A stretch of DNA of 64,000 nucleotides, taken from positions 7,650 through 71,649 of the IMG/VR virus record IMGVR_UViG_3300044527_000814. One strand, 5' to 3'. Below are positions 63,809-64,000 of the stretch, piece by piece. Position 1 is the first letter of the stretch. Each line of letters opens with the position of its first letter. The position numbers and the translations under genes were made by a program. The notes under the pieces are model-generated. The model saw only the letters and a list, made by a program, of their open reading frames with translations, did no database searches and was not told the DNA's origin. Origin of the DNA: a virus.

Positions 63809-64000
63809 GGTTGCTCCTTTGGGTCGGAGTTTATCGCGCATGGCCCAGGGACAGTCAACCTGCCCGAAGCCACCCGGGCTCAGCCTTCCTTGATCTGAAC
63901 GCTCGACGATGGGCCTGTTAGGGTCGGCCCGCTGCCGATGGGGATCACGTGCGCGCCGTGCCAGTTTCGCAGGCTGAGGCACTCGCGGGCCTCGCGTACA

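Overview
This high-GC window reads as part of a large virus or provirus genome, most likely tailless and membrane-containing (vertical jelly-roll, Varidnaviria/Singelaviria-like). No terminase, portal, tail, packaging ATPase, polymerase or maturation protease is recognisable here. 1-17 kb is a co-directional array of proteins with a C-terminal or internal membrane anchor and no Sec signal; several carry peptidoglycan-binding or hydrolase domains. 17-24 kb holds basic core-like proteins, a 749-aa repeat protein, a putative major capsid gene split by a 747-nt group I intron encoding a LAGLIDADG endonuclease, and two further beta-rich putative capsid proteins. 24-64 kb is accessory: ADP-ribosyltransferase-like genes, HNH-AP2, J-domain, glycosyl- and methyltransferases, kinase, phosphatase, PcfJ-like repeat paralogs, M23 peptidases, amidase, NUDIX, SGNH, sigma factor, tRNA-Arg(CCT) and a tyrosine recombinase. 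The most striking pattern is two peptide codes shared by unrelated proteins. (1) Arg/Lys-rich 'TSR' tags are joined to unrelated enzymes at an x-x-N(P) junction, a candidate virion-loading and processing signal. (2) M[ST]Y leaders and G[LM]G motifs mark the membrane proteins, resembling adenain cleavage sites. A TGTCNGACA palindrome recurs in intergenic, promoter-like DNA. All family assignments come from motif recognition by eye, not from database searches.
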